A stretch of 32,000 nucleotides of DNA from Candidatus Heimdallarchaeota archaeon B3_Heim (lineage in GTDB: Archaea > Asgardarchaeota > Heimdallarchaeia > Hodarchaeales > Hodarchaeaceae): positions 17,060-49,059 of the forward strand of contig NJBF01000034.1 of NCBI GenBank assembly GCA_003144275.1. Reading direction: 5' to 3'. Position 1 is the first letter of the stretch, and every line of letters starts with the position of its first letter. The translations under genes were made by a program, and so were the position numbers. The notes under the pieces were generated by a model. The model did no database searches. It had not been told where the DNA came from and worked only from the letters and a program-made list of their open reading frames with translations. This document shows positions 27,790 to 32,000 of the stretch, piece by piece.

Positions 27790-28962
27790 ATGGAGAAATT
27801 AAGAGATCATTATAATGTTAAAGACCTCTATGCTTTTACAGTTGAAGTCTTAAAGACTGGAAACTATTCTGAAGAATCAGCACAAGCAACAGCATATGCT
27901 TTATTAGAAGCTGATAAGCGAGGTATATTTTCTCATGGCATTGCTGGAGGTACAGGTTTAGAAGAAGCTATTAAACGAGTAGGAATAACTGCTACAGTCA
28001 ATCCAACAGCAGAACCTATTATCTTGAAACAAAAATATCCCTCCATCGCAGTGATTAACGCTAATGGTGCTCCTGGTCATATCACTTCGATGATGGCAGT
28101 AAATAAGGTTCAAGCCTTGGGAAGAAGTCAAGGTTTAGCTAAGGTCTATGTGAATAATGCAAATCACTTTGGAGCTGCAGGTGTGTGGAGTGCAAAAATT
28201 GCTGAGAACAAGGAAATGATCGGGATAGTTAATTGTACGACAATAGCCTGTGCAAGACCCATGGGAGATGATCCAGAGGGGCTTGATTATACCAAGGGAG
28301 CAGGAAAAGATGTAAGAATTGGAACCAACCCAGTAGCTATATCAGTTCCGCATGAAGAGGGGATAATGACATTAGATATGGCGTTAACACGCATGGCGAT
28401 TAGCTATGGGATTAAAGCACTAAAAGTCGGAAAAAAATTGACAATACCTGAGTATATTGCAGACAAAGACTATAATTCAACGTTGGATCCTCTTGATCTT
28501 TTTGATCAAGAAGGCGGAGATCTGAAGGGAAGCCTTTTTCCTCATGGTTCAACTTATTCGGGATATAAAGGGGATATACAGCTAAGAATGATAGAAGTGA
28601 TTCATTCACTTGGAGGAGGACCAATAAAAAAAGTTTCTATAGGGAAAACGGACAGAAGACGAAGAATTTCCCATTCTTTTGAAGCTCAAATGACCGATTT
28701 TCTTTATACAAAAGAGGAAGCCCTTGAACGCGTGAGAGAGCTCATGAAGGATTACGAATTAAAGTATTTCGGACCAGCATCAAGGTGGCCAGGAGATCGG
28801 GCCAATGAAGCAATTCAATATGCATTGAGAGAAGGAATTCCTTATAGTGAAGGCCAAATCGAAATATTAAAGCGATCCGCAGCGTATGTAGGGATGGATT
28901 TCCATACAATGATCCAATCCGTAGGTAAAAAGCGTTACCCAGCGGAAGTATTCAAAAAATAG
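27790..28962 (+). CDS. Ldh_2 family (malate/L-lactate/sulfolactate dehydrogenase-like) oxidoreductase
   Basis: EADKRGIFSHG, NANHFGAAG, GTNPVAI and LDMA motifs. The substrate cannot be assigned. Confidence 0.85.
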   Translation: MEKLRDHYNVKDLYAFTVEVLKTGNYSEESAQATAYALLEADKRGIFSHGIAGGTGLEEAIKRVGITATVNPTAEPIILKQKYPSIAVINANGAPGHITSMMAVNKVQALGRSQGLAKVYVNNANHFGAAGVWSAKIAENKEMIGIVNCTTIACARPMGDDPEGLDYTKGAGKDVRIGTNPVAISVPHEEGIMTLDMALTRMAISYGIKALKVGKKLTIPEYIADKDYNSTLDPLDLFDQEGGDLKGSLFPHGSTYSGYKGDIQLRMIEVIHSLGGGPIKKVSIGKTDRRRRISHSFEAQMTDFLYTKEEALERVRELMKDYELKYFGPASRWPGDRANEAIQYALREGIPYSEGQIEILKRSAAYVGMDFHTMIQSVGKKRYPAEVFKK

Positions 28963-29028
28963 ATAATTATTGATATTACGAAAAATAATGAATATTTTCT
29001 AAAGCAGGGGGTGGATGGATCCGTTTAA

Positions 29029-29295
29029 ATGAAAAAGGAAACCATTCAAATTGTGAGAGATGATGTAGGATCCATTACTGCCCCAAAAACTGTCGAAGTT
29101 GTTACAACACTCCACAAAACACGATCAGGTAAAATAATGTGTAGAGTTCTCAAATGCGTTTAACACCCTTCACTGACAGCGAAATTACAATGTGAGGAAT
29201 GTGGGCGTTTCGTTTGTATCGAAGCGTATAGTGATATGTTTAAGGTTGGACGAAGTTCCTGTCCAATGTGTGATGGTCGTTTAATAGCTTCCTAA
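29029..29295 (+). pseudogene. Small B-box-like Zn-finger protein frame with one in-frame TAA
   Basis: Manual translation: MKKETIQ...MCRVLKCV*HPSLTAKLQCEECGRFVCIEAYSDMFKVGRSSCPMCDGRLIAS; the TAA is at 29161-29163. Confidence 0.65.
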
Positions 29296-29520
29296 TCATT
29301 TCATAGACTTTATAGTGAAAAAAGGCATGGAATTTTACAGTCAAGTGGAAATGGCTGAGCTCGTTAAATATATCGTGTTGAATATCTCGAGGTTATAGTT
29401 CACAATGGTACATTCTACTCGGAGGAATTTTACAAAGTAGAACTATTTTCTAAAAAACTTACCTCTATCAGAAGTCTTAAACCTTTTTTATTCTAGTTAC
29501 CCCTAATTCGAGTTGGTGAT

Positions 29521-30048
29521 ATGGACAACACTGACAGTGAAAAAGTGAAGACCAGATCAAATATTAAAACATTTATAATCATGCTTGTAGAGTCTATAAT
29601 ATTAAGCATAATACTCGTAGCAATAATCAAGATACCTATAGTCGAGGAAGTCCTTTTGGAGATTATTTTTCCAGAGAATCCTTTAATCATATTTCCCTAC
29701 AATCTTATTGGTCTATTAATACTTGTTTTGGGATTGGTATTGATTATCTGGGCGAATTATACGCTTTTACAGAAAATCAGCCTTGAGGAACGGGAACCGT
29801 TTCATACACCATCTGCTCTTGTTCTTAATGGTCCATTCCAATTTAGTAGGAATCCAGTCTATTTATCAGTAATCATGATGGCTTTCGGTTTAGCGACACT
29901 ATTGGGTAGTCTGATACTTTTTATTTTACCTCCAATCTTTTTCATTATATTCCATCGATTTCTTATTCGATGGGAAGAAAAGAAACTGGAAGAAACATTT
30001 GGAGAAAGGTATCTGGAATATAAAAGGCAAGTTAGACGGTGGTTCTAG
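29521..30048 (+). CDS. Isoprenylcysteine carboxyl methyltransferase / PEMT-family membrane methyltransferase
   Basis: GPFQFSRNPVYL and EEKKLEETFGERYLEYKRQVRRWF motifs, with TM helices. Confidence 0.88.
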   Translation: MDNTDSEKVKTRSNIKTFIIMLVESIILSIILVAIIKIPIVEEVLLEIIFPENPLIIFPYNLIGLLILVLGLVLIIWANYTLLQKISLEEREPFHTPSALVLNGPFQFSRNPVYLSVIMMAFGLATLLGSLILFILPPIFFIIFHRFLIRWEEKKLEETFGERYLEYKRQVRRWF

Positions 30049-30137
30049 TATCTTCTTCTATCTTGTTTTGTATTAACTGTATTTGTTTTGTCAAACGTCT
30101 TAAAATTAGGCTTTGACGACAAATAAATGTATTGAAA

Positions 30138-30653
30138 TTAGCTGAAATACCAGCTTAATTCATTGGTAAGCAAACTAAATATGATAAAATAAATAATCTG
30201 TCCAAAAACAAGTAACATTCCAAAAATCAATTGATTTTTATTTATATCATTAAAATCCGTTTTTCGAGTTTGACGGAAAACACTAATTAAGATTAAAAAA
30301 TCTCCTAAAACTAGTAAAAAAACTATAAATAGAAGTAAGAAGTATTGTATATCAGAATTTTCTACAGAAAGTACACCTACTAGAATTATGATTGTTAAAT
30401 ATGAATTTATTATGAGGAGAATAGTACTAATCCCAAGTGTAAGCGATTTCCAAAATGGTTTGAGATTTAAGAGTAAATACAATAAGAAAGATATTACAAA
30501 GCTACTGAAAATGGCAAATAATGGATCTACTTCATTTATAATCCAAACAATCGCTAATAGGGGTAGAAGACAGAATGGGATAAATAATCGAAAGTTTCTG
30601 GTGATTAAAAACCACATAGTAAGGTTTTCTAGTTCTATTTTCCTATTTGTCAT
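30138..30653 (-). CDS. Hypothetical membrane protein (about 5 TM)
   Basis: Highly hydrophobic ORF; ATG at 30653 (MTNRKIEL) is the likely start. Confidence 0.6.
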   Translation of the reverse strand: MTNRKIELENLTMWFLITRNFRLFIPFCLLPLLAIVWIINEVDPLFAIFSSFVISFLLYLLLNLKPFWKSLTLGISTILLIINSYLTIIILVGVLSVENSDIQYFLLLFIVFLLVLGDFLILISVFRQTRKTDFNDINKNQLIFGMLLVFGQIIYFIIFSLLTNELSWYFS

Positions 30654-30776
30654 TGGTCTTCCTATGGTTTTTATAGTAATAAAATGATCTACCTTCCGCT
30701 GAAATATAAAAAACTCAAAATTGAAAAAAAGATGCACGTCTACTGGAGTAAGTGCAATCTTCTTTTCACTAGGTAA

Positions 30777-31646
30777 TTACTTCTTCCTCTGTCTTTTTGA
30801 AATAAGGAGAGCTATCACCAACGTGAAGATAGAGGATATCTCAAATAGATTCCAAGGGGAAATGCTAGGAATTGTAGTAGTAGTTGTTGTCGTTTTTTCC
30901 TTTGTTGTTGTGCTAGTCGTTGTGGTAGTCGTGTCTGTTGTTTCTTCTTCAGTAGTGGTTGTCGTCTCAGGAATTAACTTCATTACGTAAATTTCGGTTA
31001 AACCAATATTTCCTGCAGTATCCTTTGCATAGAATTGGATTTTAACCGTTCCTTCTGCTAATAAACTCCATTCTTCCTGGTCAATTTGTCCTGTGGTGCT
31101 ACAGGTGAAGTTTGTCATTCCATTGTCGATTGTATACCAGATCGTATCTAAAAACGCTTCAGTAATAATTATGTTAAAATTTGGTGCTAATGATTCAAAT
31201 ACGTCCATTGAACTCGGTGAGATTATTTCGATAACAGGATCATTGATATCCTTTCTAATAATGATTTCTCCAGATCCAATATTATTCATTGTATCATTTG
31301 CATAAAATTGAAGAGAAACAAGACCTGATTCCAATTTATCCCATTCAGCCTGATCTATTGTACCATTTATTGTGAAACTGGTATTTGTTAAACCATAATC
31401 TAGTGAATACCACATCTGATCTAGTTCATAGATTAGATCAATTTCCACATTGAAATCGGGGGCTAGTTGACGGAAAAATGAGTTGGTACTCGGAACATTG
31501 ATTTTTATCGCAGTATTGCAGAACATATCTTGAAAAATATTTTGTCCACTCTTCTCTGAATAAATACACTCAATATTACTATTTAATAGCTCGAATGATG
31601 AGTAAGTCATCATCGGGGAGTAATGACGGAGCTGACCCACAAGCAT
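30777..31646 (-). pseudogene. C-terminal fragment of an Ig-like-repeat surface protein, probably truncated by the adjacent IS
   Basis: Two repeats of APxFNxxI...LDxxWYxxDxGxTN...IDQxEW..L..GxVxxQFYAxDTxxNIG, a Thr linker, and a TM with basic tail. No signal peptide; the 5' part of the frame runs into the IS region. Confidence 0.6.
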
Positions 31647-32000
31647 TTAACTTCTGAGCCAAATGTTTTTCTATGTTCGCAAAACAAGAAATACACCCGT
31701 TAGAAAACGAACTCCGTCATTATCCATCACGGACAGTCCAAGTTTTTAAAACTACCCATCTGACCCGTATTCTCAGGAAACACATTCACGAGACAGATGC
31801 CGACAAAAATAGGAAAGAATTCAGCTGTGAACAGTGGATTAAAGGTCTTTTCTTGATGCAGATTCATAAGTTAGAAGCGGTACGACCCTTTGTGCGACAG
31901 CTAGAGCAAAACAAATCCTGGCAAAAGATTTGTAGTTATCAGGGAAACGTCCCAACTCAGGGGCAGTATTCCCGAAAAATTCCTGATGAAAGGATTCAGG
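31629..32000 (+). mobile_element. Left part of an IS element; left end approximate
   Basis: Transposase-like ORF preceded by GAGCTGACCCACAA, a candidate left inverted repeat. The right end is not visible. Confidence 0.5.
31673..32000 (+). CDS. Transposase N-terminus (IS4/IS5/IS1182-like), runs off the window
   Basis: ATG at 31673, open to the window end: ...EAVRPFVRQLEQNKSWQKICSYQGNVPTQGQYSRK resembles the DUF772-type N-terminal motif of DDE transposases. GC content and codon usage shift here. Confidence 0.7.
   Translation, partial: MFAKQEIHPLENELRHYPSRTVQVFKTTHLTRILRKHIHETDADKNRKEFSCEQWIKGLFLMQIHKLEAVRPFVRQLEQNKSWQKICSYQGNVPTQGQYSRKIPDERIQ

Noticed and set aside
11306-29163. Genetic code reassignment of TAA, suggested by in-frame TAA in surE, the Zn-finger frame and the 27.5-kb stub
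   Set aside because: TAA is the evident true stop of many intact genes here (for example 739, 4932, 6721, 7257, 10131), so isolated lesions are the simpler explanation.
29521-30048. ICMT-like enzyme acting on the local small GTPases
   Set aside because: Neither GTPase has a C-terminal Cys/CaaX, and this family is widespread in prokaryotes.
132-31305. Short ORFs of 60-104 aa in the track that overlap long genes (for example 132..341, 366..605, 2228..2530, 4176..4490, 17034..17306, 30388..30687, 30721..30990)
   Set aside because: They are antisense or alternate-frame shadows of well-supported genes, with no motifs.

Overview
AT-rich (roughly one-third GC by eye) archaeal genomic DNA, most likely from an Asgard archaeon (Heimdallarchaeia-like). 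This assignment is an inference from the Rab-like and Arf-like small GTPases, a B-box-like Zn finger, Thr-rich surface proteins with C-terminal anchors, and archaeal TATA-like promoters. Gene content in order: two coupled membrane proteins with PH-like modules; a heterodimeric ABC exporter; an RHH regulator; a divergent ATP-type PEP carboxykinase; a Rab-like GTPase; a split surE; a GNAT-like protein; a GbsR/MarR regulator facing a 1540-aa MMPL/RND transporter; a DUF2341/LamG surface protein; a TrmB-like regulator coupled to an Arf-like GTPase; a wHTH protein; two paralogous NosD/FN3-TM receptor-like proteins sharing a cytoplasmic domain; an Ldh_2 oxidoreductase; a PEMT/ICMT methyltransferase; and an IS transposase at the right edge beside a truncated surface protein. 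The main observation is missed by the ORF track. surE is interrupted by a 354-bp element with no transposase (10775-11128). It is flanked by CATG direct repeats and has subterminal palindromes TTTGTC-N-GACAA set exactly 6 bp in from each end. Removing it restores a continuous 270-codon surE frame, which also carries a TAA at codon 7. A second, degraded end of the same element family lies at about 27520-27701, and related GACA motifs cluster upstream of the RHH gene. The receptor-like proteins with a possible longin/uDENN-type tail are the other strong candidate for an undescribed system.
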